Source of the DNA: Candidatus Spongiisociaceae bacterium
GTDB lineage: Bacteria > Actinomycetota > Acidimicrobiia > Spongiisociales > Spongiisociaceae
Assembly (NCBI GenBank): GCA_965202665.1
Contig: OZ241841.1
Coordinates: forward strand, 128,001-192,000
Length of the DNA: 64,000 bases
Direction: 5' to 3'
In this document: positions 40,066 through 50,936 of the stretch, one piece after another
How positions within the stretch are numbered: position 1 is the stretch's first letter
Layout: each line of letters starts with the position of its first letter
The notes under the pieces: generated by a model
What the model was told of the DNA's origin: nothing
Seen by the model: the letters and a program-made list of their open reading frames with translations, nothing else
Databases searched by the model: none
Position numbers and translations under genes: made by a program

Positions 40066-40348
40066 TAATCAACTCCTTGGGCGAACAACCTCGCCTAATC
40101 GTGCGGTTCGGACCCGGGAGCGCGGCGGGGCCGGCCGGCGCCCGCGCGGCACCCGCCTTTCGCATCATTCCGCCTGCGGTTTTCACAGGGTCCTCCTTAC
40201 ATTCCACCCCGGTCGGCGGCGTCGGACGGATGTAGCGCCCGACGCGGCCCGTTCCGGACTTCTGAAAACGATTCCAGGGGGGCGGCCCCCCGGTGTCCCG
40301 CCTTCTAGTATAGCGGCTAATTTCGGGGCGCGGCGCATTTGCCGGATC

Positions 40349-41533
40349 CTACGGTTCCCGGGCCAGTTCGGGGGGGAGGGGGCTGCGGGTGCGCCACACC
40401 GAGTTGACGATCCCCAACCCGGCGGACATGGCGATAATGGCCGAACCTCCCACGCTCATAAAAGGCAGGGGCAGGCCGGTCACCGGGGCCACGCCCATCG
40501 TCATCCCGATGTTGATGAAAATATGGAAGGCCAGCAGGGAGGCCATGCCCACCGCGATCAGGCTTCCGAAGCGGTCCGAGCAGGCGGCGGCGATCATCAA
40601 GATGCGCCATATCAGAAACACGTACACCAGCAGCACCGCCAGCCCGCCGAAGAAGCCCAGCTGTTCGGCCACGGCCGTGAAAATAAAGTCGGTGGTCTGG
40701 GAGGGGACGAAGTCGAGGCCGGTCTGGGTGCCCTCCAGCAGGCCCCGTCCGAACAACTGCCCGGAGCCGATGGCGATTTTGGACTGGTTGATGTTCCAGT
40801 TCATCCCCTGCAGGTCGACCGTTTGATCCAGGAAGCCGGACAGGCGGTTGATCTGGTACTCCTGGAGCAGGTTCAGCCGGAAGACGGCCACCACCCCGGC
40901 CGCCCCGGCCGCCAGCAGAGCCGCCAGTTGGCGGAAGCTTAGGCCGGCCGCGAAGAGCATCCCCGCCGTCAAAAACATCACCGCCAGCATGGTCCCCAGG
41001 TCGGGTTGGATGAAAATGAGAAGGCAGGGCAGGGCCACCAGGGCTATGGCGAACCCCATGCGCCGCCAGCGCATCCCCTCCTCCCGGGCCCGGGCCAGCA
41101 CGCCGGCCAGCACCACCACCAGGGCCACTTTGGCGAACTCGGAGGGTTGCAACTGGAAAGCCCCCAGGGGAATCCACCGGTTGGCCCCTTTCACCGGCGG
41201 GAAAAACAGCACCACGATCAGGCCCAGCACGGTCAGGCCGTAAAAATAGGGGAGGAGCCGCCGGTACTCCCGGTAGCCGACCAGGGAGGCGATGATGAAG
41301 GCGGCCAGCCCGGCCCCTGCGAAGACCATCTGCCGGGTCATGGCCCCGAAGGCCCCCCCTCCCCCCTCCGCGTCGCGGATAAAAGTGGCGGAATAGACCA
41401 TCACCGCGCTCAGGGCCAGCAGCCCGGCGATTATTACGAACATGGCCACGTCCGGGGCCGGTTTGGGCCGGTCGGCGAACAGGCCGCGCACCGGCTCCGG
41501 CCGGTAGCCCCTCCTCCCGCCCAGTACCGCCAT
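40349..41533 (-). CDS. rodA: Rod shape-determining protein RodA
   Basis: RWI, QPSEFAK, QPDLGT, AIGSG, TDFIF, GLPLPF.S.GGS. Confidence 0.94.
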   Translation of the reverse strand: MAVLGGRRGYRPEPVRGLFADRPKPAPDVAMFVIIAGLLALSAVMVYSATFIRDAEGGGGAFGAMTRQMVFAGAGLAAFIIASLVGYREYRRLLPYFYGLTVLGLIVVLFFPPVKGANRWIPLGAFQLQPSEFAKVALVVVLAGVLARAREEGMRWRRMGFAIALVALPCLLIFIQPDLGTMLAVMFLTAGMLFAAGLSFRQLAALLAAGAAGVVAVFRLNLLQEYQINRLSGFLDQTVDLQGMNWNINQSKIAIGSGQLFGRGLLEGTQTGLDFVPSQTTDFIFTAVAEQLGFFGGLAVLLVYVFLIWRILMIAAACSDRFGSLIAVGMASLLAFHIFINIGMTMGVAPVTGLPLPFMSVGGSAIIAMSAGLGIVNSVWRTRSPLPPELAREP

Positions 41534-41536
41534 CGC

Positions 41537-43540
41537 CTACCTTTCCGTTTCTTCGCCCGCCACCAGCGGGGTTACCGGCACCTGCAGCAGGTGCTGCATG
41601 ATGGCCCGCGCCGCCGGGGCGGCCACCGCCCCGCCCGAGCCGCCTTCGTCCACCATCACCACCACCACCCACTGCGGATCGTCGGCGGGGAGGGCCCCCG
41701 CGAACCAGGCGGTGGAATCGTGATAAACCCCTTCCTGGTCGGTGAAACTCTGGGCGGTGCCGGTTTTGCCGCTGATGCGGGCCGACAGCGGCCCCATTTC
41801 CTCGAAGGCTTTGGCGGCGGTGCCCTCCTGCACCACCGCCGCCAAGTCCCGGCGCAGGGATCCCACCGTGGCGGGGGAAATGTCCAACGTGCGCAGCACC
41901 CGGGGGCCGTTGTCGATCACCAACTCCCCCGCCGAGTCCACCACCCGGTCCACCACCCACGGCTGGTAGACGACGCCCCCGTTGACCAGGGAAGAGTAGG
42001 CCACCGCCAACTGCAGGGGGGTGGCCAGGATGGAACCCTGCCCCACCACCAGGCTCATCAGGTCGCCGCCCAGCCACCCTTCGGGACGCACCCGCCACGG
42101 CTGGGTGCGCCGCCACCGCTCGAACAACTCCCGGTCGGGCAGCACCCCCGGGTTTTCGAAGGGAAGATCCACCTGGGAGCGGCGTCCGAACCCGATCTGG
42201 TCCGCCCATTGCTGCACCAGGTCCTCCCGGTCGGTTCGGACGTAGGCCCGCCAGATGGAAAGGGCTATCTCCCAAAAATAAATGTTGCAGGAACGTTGGA
42301 AGGCCCGGTGCAGGTTCTGACGGCCGTCGTCCTCCGGATAGGTCCAGTTGCGCCACACCAACTGCGACTGGTCCACGAAGTCGGCCTCCAACTGCGCCGA
42401 ACAGTCGATGGCGTCCTCCGGGGAGGCGGCCCCCTCCGGGAAAATGTTCTCCTCCACGGCGGTTACGTAGGTGACCGCTTTGAAAGTGGAGGCGGGGGGC
42501 TTCAGCCCCTGAATCACCAGATTGTTGAAAGCCTGCTTCTCCGACAACTCTTCAAAAGCGGCGGTTTCTATGCCGCCCACGAAGGCCTGCGGGGCGAAGG
42601 TGGGATGGGAGGCCATGGCCCGCACCTCCCCGGTGTTCACATTCAGCACCAGGGCGGCCGCCCGCTCGGCCGGGCCGGGTATCAGGGACGGGTCTTCCGG
42701 TTCGGCTTCCTCCTTCAAGTCGTTGGCCAGCTCGATGGCTTCCGCCAACACCCGCTCCGCCACCTGCTGGGTGGGGATGTCCAAGGTGAGATGCACCGTG
42801 TCCCCCTGCACCGGATCGATCTGCCCCACCTCTTCCAGAATGTCGCCGTTGGGGGCCTGCCGGTAGGAAACGCGGCCCAGGCTCCCCTGCAGAAACTCGT
42901 CGTACTGCAACTCCACCCCCTGTTTGCCCACCACCGTCTCCGCGTCGATGTTGGGCAAGCGGTCCAGGTCTTCCTGGTTGGGCAGGCCGATGTGCCCCAG
43001 CACGTGCCCCATCAACTCCCCCTGCAGGTATTGGCGCACCGGCTGAACCCGCACCGCCACCCCGGGCAGGGTGCGGCGCTGCTCCAAAATCTGGTAGGCG
43101 ACGTCGGCGCCGATGTCCATTTCGGAGATGACCGCCACCTGCCCGGAGCCGGCTTCCTCCAACAGGGCCCTCACCTCCACCGGGGTCACCCCCAGCAGGC
43201 TGGCCAGCCGTTGAATGACATCGTCTTCTTCCTCCACCGGCAACTCGGCCCGGTCCACTTCCAAAACGATGCGGGAGGTGGACACGGCCAGCGGGATGCC
43301 GTTGCGGTCGATGATGTTGCCCCGGGGGGCCTCCAAATATTCCAAGGTCAAAATGTTGGCGTCCGCCTGCTCGGCCAACTCCTCCCCTTCCACCAACTGC
43401 ACGAACCACAACCGGAAAAAGAGCACCACGAACAAGCCGGTGAACAGGAAAGCCAGCGCCGCGACCCGCCATCCGAACCGCACCGCCAGCCCGCCGCCGG
43501 AGGCGCCGTCGGCGGAGGGGGAGGGCCTCAGGCTTCTCAT
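41537..43540 (-). CDS. mrdA: Penicillin-binding protein 2
   Basis: APRGNIIDRNG, STFK, SCN, KTGT. Start ATG 43540. Confidence 0.93.
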   Translation of the reverse strand: MRSLRPSPSADGASGGGLAVRFGWRVAALAFLFTGLFVVLFFRLWFVQLVEGEELAEQADANILTLEYLEAPRGNIIDRNGIPLAVSTSRIVLEVDRAELPVEEEDDVIQRLASLLGVTPVEVRALLEEAGSGQVAVISEMDIGADVAYQILEQRRTLPGVAVRVQPVRQYLQGELMGHVLGHIGLPNQEDLDRLPNIDAETVVGKQGVELQYDEFLQGSLGRVSYRQAPNGDILEEVGQIDPVQGDTVHLTLDIPTQQVAERVLAEAIELANDLKEEAEPEDPSLIPGPAERAAALVLNVNTGEVRAMASHPTFAPQAFVGGIETAAFEELSEKQAFNNLVIQGLKPPASTFKAVTYVTAVEENIFPEGAASPEDAIDCSAQLEADFVDQSQLVWRNWTYPEDDGRQNLHRAFQRSCNIYFWEIALSIWRAYVRTDREDLVQQWADQIGFGRRSQVDLPFENPGVLPDRELFERWRRTQPWRVRPEGWLGGDLMSLVVGQGSILATPLQLAVAYSSLVNGGVVYQPWVVDRVVDSAGELVIDNGPRVLRTLDISPATVGSLRRDLAAVVQEGTAAKAFEEMGPLSARISGKTGTAQSFTDQEGVYHDSTAWFAGALPADDPQWVVVVMVDEGGSGGAVAAPAARAIMQHLLQVPVTPLVAGEETER

Positions 43541-44046
43541 AAGAGCAGGGCCCGGCGCGGGGGCCGGGCGCGCACCCAGCGGTTGGCCAGCGGAATCATG
43601 ACCAGCCCCAGAATAACGTTGTAGACGGGAACCAACAACAGGGTGGGGATGATCTCCGGCGAACCCAAAGTCCCCTCCCCGAACAGGGTCCCCACCAGGG
43701 CCACGATGAAAACCCCCAGCAGGGACAGCAGGGCCGCCCCCGCCAGCTGGTAGCCGACCCCGTAATTCATGCGGGGGGCGGCCCGCACCGTGGCGAAAGC
43801 CACCAGGGTGGCGGCCATGGCCTGCAGTCCCAAGGGGGCGGTCCCCGACAGGTCGATGAGCAACCCGCCGATGAAGCCCAGCAGCACCGCCGCCTCCCCC
43901 CGCAGGTGGTAGGAGCAGGCGATGACCGCCAGCAATACCAGGTCGGGGCCCACCCCGGCGGGCCGCAGCTGGGAGAACAGCGTGGTCTGCAAAAGGATGG
44001 CGGCCGCCGTCACCGCCGACGCCGCCAAAATCTGCTTTCCTTTCAC
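43537..44046 (-). CDS. mreD: Rod shape-determining protein MreD
   Basis: Polytopic membrane protein with PDLVL, GF..GLL.D; between mreC and pbp2. Confidence 0.88.
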   Translation of the reverse strand: MKGKQILAASAVTAAAILLQTTLFSQLRPAGVGPDLVLLAVIACSYHLRGEAAVLLGFIGGLLIDLSGTAPLGLQAMAATLVAFATVRAAPRMNYGVGYQLAGAALLSLLGVFIVALVGTLFGEGTLGSPEIIPTLLLVPVYNVILGLVMIPLANRWVRARPPRRALLL

Positions 44047-45011
44047 GGCCCCTCCCCCTCTTGGCCCGCCTCTTCCCCATCCGCTCCCGCAGCCGGCTCC
44101 CCCCCTTCGGTTTCCGGGACGGCCTCCCCCGCCGGCTGGGACGCCGCCCCCAGGCTTTCCTCCAGCTGGTCCGGGGAGGGCGGCCAGGGGATGACGGCCA
44201 CGAATTCGGTGCGTTCCAGATCCACTAGGGGATCAACCGGCACCTGGATGGCCCCCGAGCGGGGGGAGGCGGATTCCCGCACCGTTCCCACCGCCAGCCC
44301 CTTCGGGTAAGAGTCGGAGGCCCCGTAGGGACCGAACGTCTCCAGGTAGTCGCCCGCCCACACCGGGGCGGTGGCGTTCAGCACCGACAGGAGCAACCGT
44401 CCCGCCCCCTGGCCCTCCACCACCCCCCGCCGCCCGTCGGAGAGACGCACGGTGATGCCCGGCGCCCGCCGGGAAGTGAGGGGGATGACCGCGGCCCCCG
44501 CCTCCGAAACTTCGGCCACCACGCCCAGCAGGGCCCCTTGCGCGTCCACTACCGGCTGCCCTTCCTGCACCCCGTCCCGCGTCCCCTTGTCGATGATGTA
44601 GGAGCGGTCCAGGGCCCCCGCCCGCCCGGTGATCTCGGCGCTGACCGCCGTCTCCTGCAGGTCGTCGGCCAGTTGCAAACCGAGCAGGGCCTCCAGTTCG
44701 GACACCCGCGACCGCAGATGGGGCGCCTGGGAAGTTTCCCGTTCCAACTCCGCGATGCGCTCCCGCAGGCGCTGGTTCTCCGAGCGGAGGCCCGCCAAGT
44801 TGGCCAGGCCGCCGGCGAAGTCAAAAACCGGATCCACCACCGCGTTCACCGCCGACTGGATGGGGGACAGCACCGTCTGCAGGCCGTCCCGCATCGTGCC
44901 GCCCACCCCCCGGCTGGAGGATCGTATGTCGAAGGTCATCAGCAACAGGGCGGCCGCCACCAGGACGACGGTGGCCAGCGCGGCGCGGTTGTCGGTAAAA
45001 CGGGGAACCAT
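44043..45011 (-). CDS. mreC: Rod shape-determining protein MreC
   Basis: TM + coiled coil (ENQRLR), IDKG..DG, YPKGL.VG. Confidence 0.9.
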   Translation of the reverse strand: MVPRFTDNRAALATVVLVAAALLLMTFDIRSSSRGVGGTMRDGLQTVLSPIQSAVNAVVDPVFDFAGGLANLAGLRSENQRLRERIAELERETSQAPHLRSRVSELEALLGLQLADDLQETAVSAEITGRAGALDRSYIIDKGTRDGVQEGQPVVDAQGALLGVVAEVSEAGAAVIPLTSRRAPGITVRLSDGRRGVVEGQGAGRLLLSVLNATAPVWAGDYLETFGPYGASDSYPKGLAVGTVRESASPRSGAIQVPVDPLVDLERTEFVAVIPWPPSPDQLEESLGAASQPAGEAVPETEGGEPAAGADGEEAGQEGEGP

Positions 45012-45046
45012 TTCACACCCCCGGCGGCGAGTGCAGGTCCCCTATT

Positions 45047-46078
45047 CTACGGTCGGTTGGAAGTGTCAAGCACCGAATTCAGCACCTCGAACTCTTCGAG
45101 GCATTTCCCCGATCCGATCACCACCGACTGCAACGGCCGTTCCGCCACCACCACCGGCATATGGGTTTCGTAGTTGAGGCGGTGATCCAGCGACTTGAGC
45201 AAAGCCCCGCCCCCGGTCAGCACGATCCCGCTGTCCAACAGGTCGGCCGCCAACTCGGGCGGAGTGTGATCCAGGGTCTGGGTGACCGCATCCACTATGG
45301 AGGACACCGGCTCCTCCAAAGCGGCCCGCACCTCCTCCGAGGAAAGGTAGATGGTCTTGGGCAGGCCCGATTCGTAGTCGCGGCCCCGCACCTCCACCGC
45401 CGGTTCGTCCTTGTAGGGGTAGGCGGATCCGATGGTCATTTTGATCTGTTCGGCGGTGCGGTCCCCCAAAGCCAGGTTGTGCTCTTTGCGCACCCAGTCC
45501 ACTATCCGCTCGTCCATTTCGTCCCCTCCCACCCGCACGCTTTTTTTGGCCACCACCCCCCCCAGGGAGATGACCGCCACTTCGGTGGTGCCGCCCCCGA
45601 TGTCCACCACCATGGAACCGAGCGGCTCGTGCACCGGCAGGCCGCATCCGATGGCGGCCGCCATCGGCTCTTCGATGGTGTAGGCCCGCCGCGCCCCGGC
45701 GTGATAGGCGGCTTCCTCCACCGCCCGCCGTTCCACCCCGGTGATGCCGGAGGGGACGCAGATGACGATGCGGGGCTTGGCCCAGCGCCGCCGGTGCACC
45801 TTCTGTATGAAATAGCGCAACATTCGCTCGGTGATGTCGAAGTCGGCGATCACCCCGTCCCGCAAAGGGCGGATGGCCTTCACATATTCCGGGGTGCGCC
45901 CGATCATCCGTTTGGCGTCCATCCCCACCGCCAAGGCCTTGGAGGTGCGGGTGTCGATGGCCACCACCGACGGCTCGTTCAACACCACCCCCCGGTTGCG
46001 CACGTACACCAGGGTGTTGGCGGTGCCCAGGTCAATGGCCATGTCCTGCCCGACGAAGAAAATGGAATTATCGGCCAA
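45047..46078 (-). CDS. mreB: Actin-like protein MreB
   Basis: IDLGTANT, EPSVVA, DIGGGTT, LTGGGAL. Confidence 0.96.
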   Translation of the reverse strand: MADNSIFFVGQDMAIDLGTANTLVYVRNRGVVLNEPSVVAIDTRTSKALAVGMDAKRMIGRTPEYVKAIRPLRDGVIADFDITERMLRYFIQKVHRRRWAKPRIVICVPSGITGVERRAVEEAAYHAGARRAYTIEEPMAAAIGCGLPVHEPLGSMVVDIGGGTTEVAVISLGGVVAKKSVRVGGDEMDERIVDWVRKEHNLALGDRTAEQIKMTIGSAYPYKDEPAVEVRGRDYESGLPKTIYLSSEEVRAALEEPVSSIVDAVTQTLDHTPPELAADLLDSGIVLTGGGALLKSLDHRLNYETHMPVVVAERPLQSVVIGSGKCLEEFEVLNSVLDTSNRP

Positions 46079-46206
46079 GCCGAACCTCGGATCTGATAGC
46101 GGTCACGAACATTCTACCCTATATTCCCCGCTCCGGCTAACCGGCGGTTCCCAGGGAAAAAAGGGGCCTGATAAGCATTTTTTTCCCATTCTGGGCCGTA
46201 ATCGGC

Positions 46207-46629
46207 TCAACCGTCCTCCCCGCCGGCCGGGAACCAGACCGCCAACTCCCGTTCGGCGCTGGCCGGGCTGTCAGAGCCGTGCACCAGGTTTTCCTGCACA
46301 TCCAACCCGAAGTCGCCCCGGATGGTGCCCGGGGCGGCCAGCACCGGATCGGTGGGCCCCATCAGGGCGCGGGCGGCGGCCACCGCCGACGGCCCCGACC
46401 ATTGCATGGCCACCACCGGACCGGAGGTTATGAACTCCAACAGCGACTCGTAGAAGGGCTTCCCCAGGTGTTCGGCGTAATGGGCGGCCGCCGCGTCCGG
46501 GTCGGGGAGGCGCATCTCCATCCGTTCCAAACGGAGGCCTTTCCCCTCCATTCGGGAAATTATTTCCCCCACCAGCCGGCGGCGCACTCCGTCCGGTTTG
46601 ACCATTATGAAAGTACGTTCCGCGTTCAT
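46207..46629 (-). CDS. ndk: Nucleoside diphosphate kinase
   Basis: [27 protein letters not shown]. Confidence 0.97.
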   Translation of the reverse strand: MNAERTFIMVKPDGVRRRLVGEIISRMEGKGLRLERMEMRLPDPDAAAAHYAEHLGKPFYESLLEFITSGPVVAMQWSGPSAVAAARALMGPTDPVLAAPGTIRGDFGLDVQENLVHGSDSPASAERELAVWFPAGGEDG

Positions 46630-46686
46630 GCGACTCGCTTTCCCTTGTTGCTTTCCGGCTTCTATCGCCGCCCGGCGGCCGACATC

Positions 46687-48033
46687 CTACGGCCGGCGCA
46701 GGTGGGCGCGGGCCTCGCCCGCTACGTACAGGGAGCCGAACACCAACACCGCCTCCTGCGAGCCGCCCGTCTCGGCCAATGCCCGCTCCAAGGCGGCCGC
46801 CACCGTCTCCTCGGATGCCACCGGGCGGCCGGGGAGGGCCCGTTCCAAAACGGACATCACCTCGGCGGGGGGCAACGCCCGGGGATTGTCCGCCGCGGTG
46901 GCCACCGCCCGAACGGCCATCTCCCCGTACGGCTCCAGCATAGCAGGCAGGTCCTTGTCGGCCATCGCCCCCACCACCAACGTCCACTCCAGGCTGGGCG
47001 TTTCCTCCTGCAAAGCGGCCGCCAACCCGGCCGCGGCCTGCGGGTTGTGGGCGCCGTCGATGATGACGAGCGGCTCGCGGCCCGCCGCCTCCATCCGGCC
47101 CGGAACCCGCACCGACTCCAATCCGCGCCGCACCTCCTCCTCCGGCAACTCCCGTCCCAGCATCTCTTCCACCGCCGCCACCGCCACCGCCGCGTTCACC
47201 GTCTGATAACGGCCCCGCAAGGGCAGGAACAGGTTCGGGTAGAAGCCGTAAACCCCCTCCAGGTCCATGTGCCAGCCTCCCACCGCCATCCGCGTCTCCC
47301 CCAAGCGGAAATCACGCAGGTAGGCCGACCAGCGGGCCCGGCGGAGGGCGGCGGTCTCCCCGGCCAGAACCTCCGCCTCCTCCGGAAGGGGGCCGGTGAC
47401 CAGGGCCGAATCCGGTTCCACTATCGCCAGTTTTTCGCCCGCGATCTGGGAGATTCCCTCCCCCAGATGTTCGGTGTGGTCCAGCCCCGCCCCGGTGAGT
47501 ACCGCCACTTCCCCTGCAACTGCGTTGGTGGCGTCCAAGCGCCCTCCCATGCCGACTTCCACCGCCGCCGCGTCCACCGCCGTCCCCGCGAAGAAGGCGA
47601 AGGCGGCGGCGGTGGCCAGCTCAAAATAGGTGGGGCGCTCCCCGGTTTCGGCTTCCAACAAATCGGCGAACGGGGCCACGTCGGCCACGGCCTGCGCGAA
47701 GTCCTCCGGCGAGGCGGTTTCCCCGCCCGCCCCGTATCGTTCTTCCACGCGCTCCAGATGGGGGGAAATGTAGGAACCGGATTTCAAGCCGAGGGCTTCG
47801 ATGACGGCCGCCGCCATCAGGGTTACGCTGGTTTTCCCGTTGGTGCCGGCCACGTGAATGATCGGGTAGCCGCGCTGGGGCGACCCCATCATCTCCAGCA
47901 ACCGGCTGATTCGCTCCAAGCCCGGCCGCCAGCCCAGGCCGATGTGGCGATTCAGAAAGGAGACCGCTTGCGCGTAGTCCGTGGCGTACCTCCCCGCGGC
48001 GAATGGACGGCGCGGTGGGCGCCGCCTCCCCAT
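46687..48033 (-). CDS. folC: Folylpolyglutamate synthase / dihydrofolate synthase
   Basis: HVAGTNGKTS, SPHL, EVGMGGRLDATN, DGAHNP, FGSLY. Confidence 0.94.
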   Translation of the reverse strand: MGRRRPPRRPFAAGRYATDYAQAVSFLNRHIGLGWRPGLERISRLLEMMGSPQRGYPIIHVAGTNGKTSVTLMAAAVIEALGLKSGSYISPHLERVEERYGAGGETASPEDFAQAVADVAPFADLLEAETGERPTYFELATAAAFAFFAGTAVDAAAVEVGMGGRLDATNAVAGEVAVLTGAGLDHTEHLGEGISQIAGEKLAIVEPDSALVTGPLPEEAEVLAGETAALRRARWSAYLRDFRLGETRMAVGGWHMDLEGVYGFYPNLFLPLRGRYQTVNAAVAVAAVEEMLGRELPEEEVRRGLESVRVPGRMEAAGREPLVIIDGAHNPQAAAGLAAALQEETPSLEWTLVVGAMADKDLPAMLEPYGEMAVRAVATAADNPRALPPAEVMSVLERALPGRPVASEETVAAALERALAETGGSQEAVLVFGSLYVAGEARAHLRRP

Positions 48034-48141
48034 TCTAGGAAAATCGCGTCCGCCCAGCCGGTCGGGCCTTTAGCCGAGGCGCCAACGGGGTATTCTTGGG
48101 CTTTACGCACAACCCGGACGTTTCGAGCGAGGAGGAAAACC

Positions 48142-49194
48142 GTGAACTTGTTGGAAGGGGTTTCGGCGCGCATGGTGGAGACTTCCCGGTTGCGCACCCA
48201 TGTTTACGAGTCGGGGCCGGAGGATGGGGTTCCGGTGCTGATGATCCACGGCAACCTGTCCACCGGGCGGTTCTTCGAGCATCTGTGGCCGTCGGCCCCC
48301 GGCCATTACCGGTTCATCGCCCCCGATATGCGCTCCTTCGGACGTTCGGAGAGCAAGCCGATCTACGCCGCGCGCGGTTTGCGCGACTGGTCGGACGACG
48401 CCGCCGCCCTGGTGATGGCCTTGGAAATCGAAGACCCGGTTCATCTGGTGGGCTGGTCCACCGGCGGGGCTGCCGCCGCCTGCTACGCCCTGGACTTCCC
48501 CGCCTACTCCCTCACCCTCATCGACCCGGTTTCCCCCTACGGGTTCGGAGGTTGCCGCCGGGACGGAACCCCCTGCTTCCCGGACTGGGCCGGAACCGGC
48601 GGCGGGGCCGGCAACCCGGAGTTCACCGAACGGCTGGCGGCCGGCGACCGCACCGCCGAAGGCCAGGTTTCCCCCCGCAATGTGATGAACGGCTTTTACT
48701 GGTCCCCCGAACATCGGGAACCGCCGGAACGGGAGGATGTTCTGCTGGATGAAATGTTGCTGTCGGTCACCGGCGACGACGGCTACCCGGGCGACTCCTC
48801 CCCCTCCGGCAACTGGCCGGGGATGGCCCCGGGAAGCAGGGGCATACTCAACGCCTTGTCCGGCAAATACTGCAACTGGTCGGACATCACCGGCATCGAA
48901 TTGAAACCGCCCATCCTGTGGACGCACGGCGCGGACGATCTGGTTATCGCCGACGGATCCCCCTGGGAGATGGGAACCCTGGGGCAACTGGGGGCGATCC
49001 CGGGCTGGCCGGGCGAAGAGGCCTTTCCGCCCCAGCCGATGGTGTCCCAAATCGGCGACGTGCTCGACGAATACGAGCAGGAGGGCGGAGAGGTGGTGCG
49101 GGAAATGTTCGACGGCTCCGGACACGCCCCCCACATAGACGCCGCCCAAAAATGGTCCGAGGTCTTCTTCGAATTCCTCGACACCGCCGTATAA
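48142..49194 (+). CDS. Alpha/beta hydrolase
   Basis: GTG 48142 after GAGGAGG. HGNLS, GWSTGG nucleophile elbow, GHAPH. Confidence 0.9.
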   Translation: MNLLEGVSARMVETSRLRTHVYESGPEDGVPVLMIHGNLSTGRFFEHLWPSAPGHYRFIAPDMRSFGRSESKPIYAARGLRDWSDDAAALVMALEIEDPVHLVGWSTGGAAAACYALDFPAYSLTLIDPVSPYGFGGCRRDGTPCFPDWAGTGGGAGNPEFTERLAAGDRTAEGQVSPRNVMNGFYWSPEHREPPEREDVLLDEMLLSVTGDDGYPGDSSPSGNWPGMAPGSRGILNALSGKYCNWSDITGIELKPPILWTHGADDLVIADGSPWEMGTLGQLGAIPGWPGEEAFPPQPMVSQIGDVLDEYEQEGGEVVREMFDGSGHAPHIDAAQKWSEVFFEFLDTAV

Positions 49195-49203
49195 ACCCGC
49201 TGG

Positions 49204-49275
<72 letters not shown>

Positions 49276-49342
49276 CGGCGCCGGGGATTCAGTATAACGG
49301 AGCGAACGAGGGCCAAGCGCGATGCGGGCGACGGCCGACCGC

Positions 49343-49419
49343 TGGTCGGGCTGGTCGGATTTGAACCGACGGCCTCCTGCTCCCAAAGCAGGCGCGCTGC
49401 CAAGCTGCGCCACAGCCCG
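49343..49419 (-). tRNA. tRNA-Pro(TGG)
   Basis: CGGGCTGTGGCGCAGCTTGG...TT TGG GA...GGTTCAAATCC...CAGCCCGACCA (CCA encoded). Confidence 0.95.
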
Positions 49420-49491
49420 ATGTCTTATAACCTATAACCGGCTGAACGGCGCCTCCCAGTCTAGGCGTCCGCCGTCCTGCGGGGAGGTTAG

Positions 49492-49576
49492 TGCGGGCGG
49501 GGGGATTCGAACCCCCACGGGCTTCGGCCCACCAGGACCTAAACCTGGCGCGTCTACCTGATTCCGCCACACCCGC
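49492..49576 (-). tRNA. tRNA-Leu(TAG)
   Basis: GCGGGTGTGGCGGAATCAGGTAGACGC...TT TAG GT, long variable arm, GGTTCGAATCC. Confidence 0.95.
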
Positions 49577-49611
49577 GTTCTCGCCGACCGCGGCCGCGCG
49601 CAGACAACCGG

Positions 49612-49686
<75 letters not shown>

Positions 49687-49732
49687 GGGGCCATCCTACA
49701 CCATCAGCAACCCCCTCCGGTCGCATCCGCCC

Positions 49733-50926
49733 CTAACTTTCCTTAACCGGACCGGGCCGGGCGGCGGCTCCGAACAGGACCAGCGCCCCCCCGGCGGCGT
49801 ACAAGCCGGTCACGGTCAGCCAGCCGGGCAGGTAACTCCCCCAGACGTCCACCGACAAGCCGAACAGCGGAGCCCCCACCCCCAGCCCGCACAGAAATCC
49901 CAGCAACACCAGCCCGGTGCCCTGGCCGGCCCGGGCGGAGGGCATGACTTGGATGACGGTCAGCATGGCCACCGCGTTCCAAGCCACCGCCCCCAGGCCG
50001 GCCAAAGCGGACGCCGTCATAATCGCCGTCGCCCCCAAAGCGGGGGCCGCCGCCAAAAGCAACCCGCCCGCCACCGCCAGCCCGGGCAGGAGGATCAACA
50101 TGCTGCGGGGGCTCAGATAGCGTTCGGCGGCCACCGAGGATAGAATCCGCGAGCTCATCCCGCACACCCCCAGCACCGCCATCGCCGCCCCGGCGAAGGT
50201 GGCTGAAAACGACAGCTCCTCTTCGGCGTAGAGGGGGAGATAGGTCATGATGGATGTGGTGCCCATTCCCAGCAGGAAGGCGTAGGCCGCCAAAAGTTTC
50301 ACCAGCGGCGGCAACCCGTCCCCGGAGGCGGGGCGTTCCCCGGCCGGGGCCGCCTCCCGTTCCCGGTCGGGGGGGATGCAGGCCAGGCCCACCGCCAAAG
50401 TAAGCAGGGGAAACAGGGTGCAGGCGGTCACCGCCCACCGCCACCCCCAGGCCATCATCGCCGGAGGCAGGACCAGCCCGGAAATCACCGCCCCGAACTG
50501 GACGCCGGACTGTTTCAGGCCGGTGATGACCCCCTGATGGCCGAAAGAGGAATGTTCGGAGATCAGTTTGTTGGTGGACGGATTAACCGCCGCGTTGGAC
50601 AGGGCGCTCACCGCCGCCGGAACGAACAGGAACAGGTAGGAGAAAGCCCCGGCGGTGAGCAGGATGGCGGAGGCCCCCACCAGGATGCTGATCAGGGCCG
50701 CCCGCCGCGGCCCGATCCGGTCGGTCCACCGGCCCGCCCAAGGGGAGCACAACCCGCCCATCAGCGAAGAAACCGAGGACAGGAGCCCCACCTGCCACCG
50801 GTGAATGGAGAACTCTTCTATCAGGTTGGGGGCGAGGATGCCCAGCATGACCAGGGCGTAGGTGCCGGAGGTCATAATGGCGGGCAGGGAAAACCAGAAA
50901 CCGAACTTTTTCAGGGATGCGGGCAT
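49733..50926 (-). CDS. MFS transporter
   Basis: About 12 hydrophobic segments; motif A GRWTDRIGPRR. Confidence 0.88.
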   Translation of the reverse strand: MPASLKKFGFWFSLPAIMTSGTYALVMLGILAPNLIEEFSIHRWQVGLLSSVSSLMGGLCSPWAGRWTDRIGPRRAALISILVGASAILLTAGAFSYLFLFVPAAVSALSNAAVNPSTNKLISEHSSFGHQGVITGLKQSGVQFGAVISGLVLPPAMMAWGWRWAVTACTLFPLLTLAVGLACIPPDREREAAPAGERPASGDGLPPLVKLLAAYAFLLGMGTTSIMTYLPLYAEEELSFSATFAGAAMAVLGVCGMSSRILSSVAAERYLSPRSMLILLPGLAVAGGLLLAAAPALGATAIMTASALAGLGAVAWNAVAMLTVIQVMPSARAGQGTGLVLLGFLCGLGVGAPLFGLSVDVWGSYLPGWLTVTGLYAAGGALVLFGAAARPGPVKES

Positions 50927-50936
50927 AACGGCGGAC

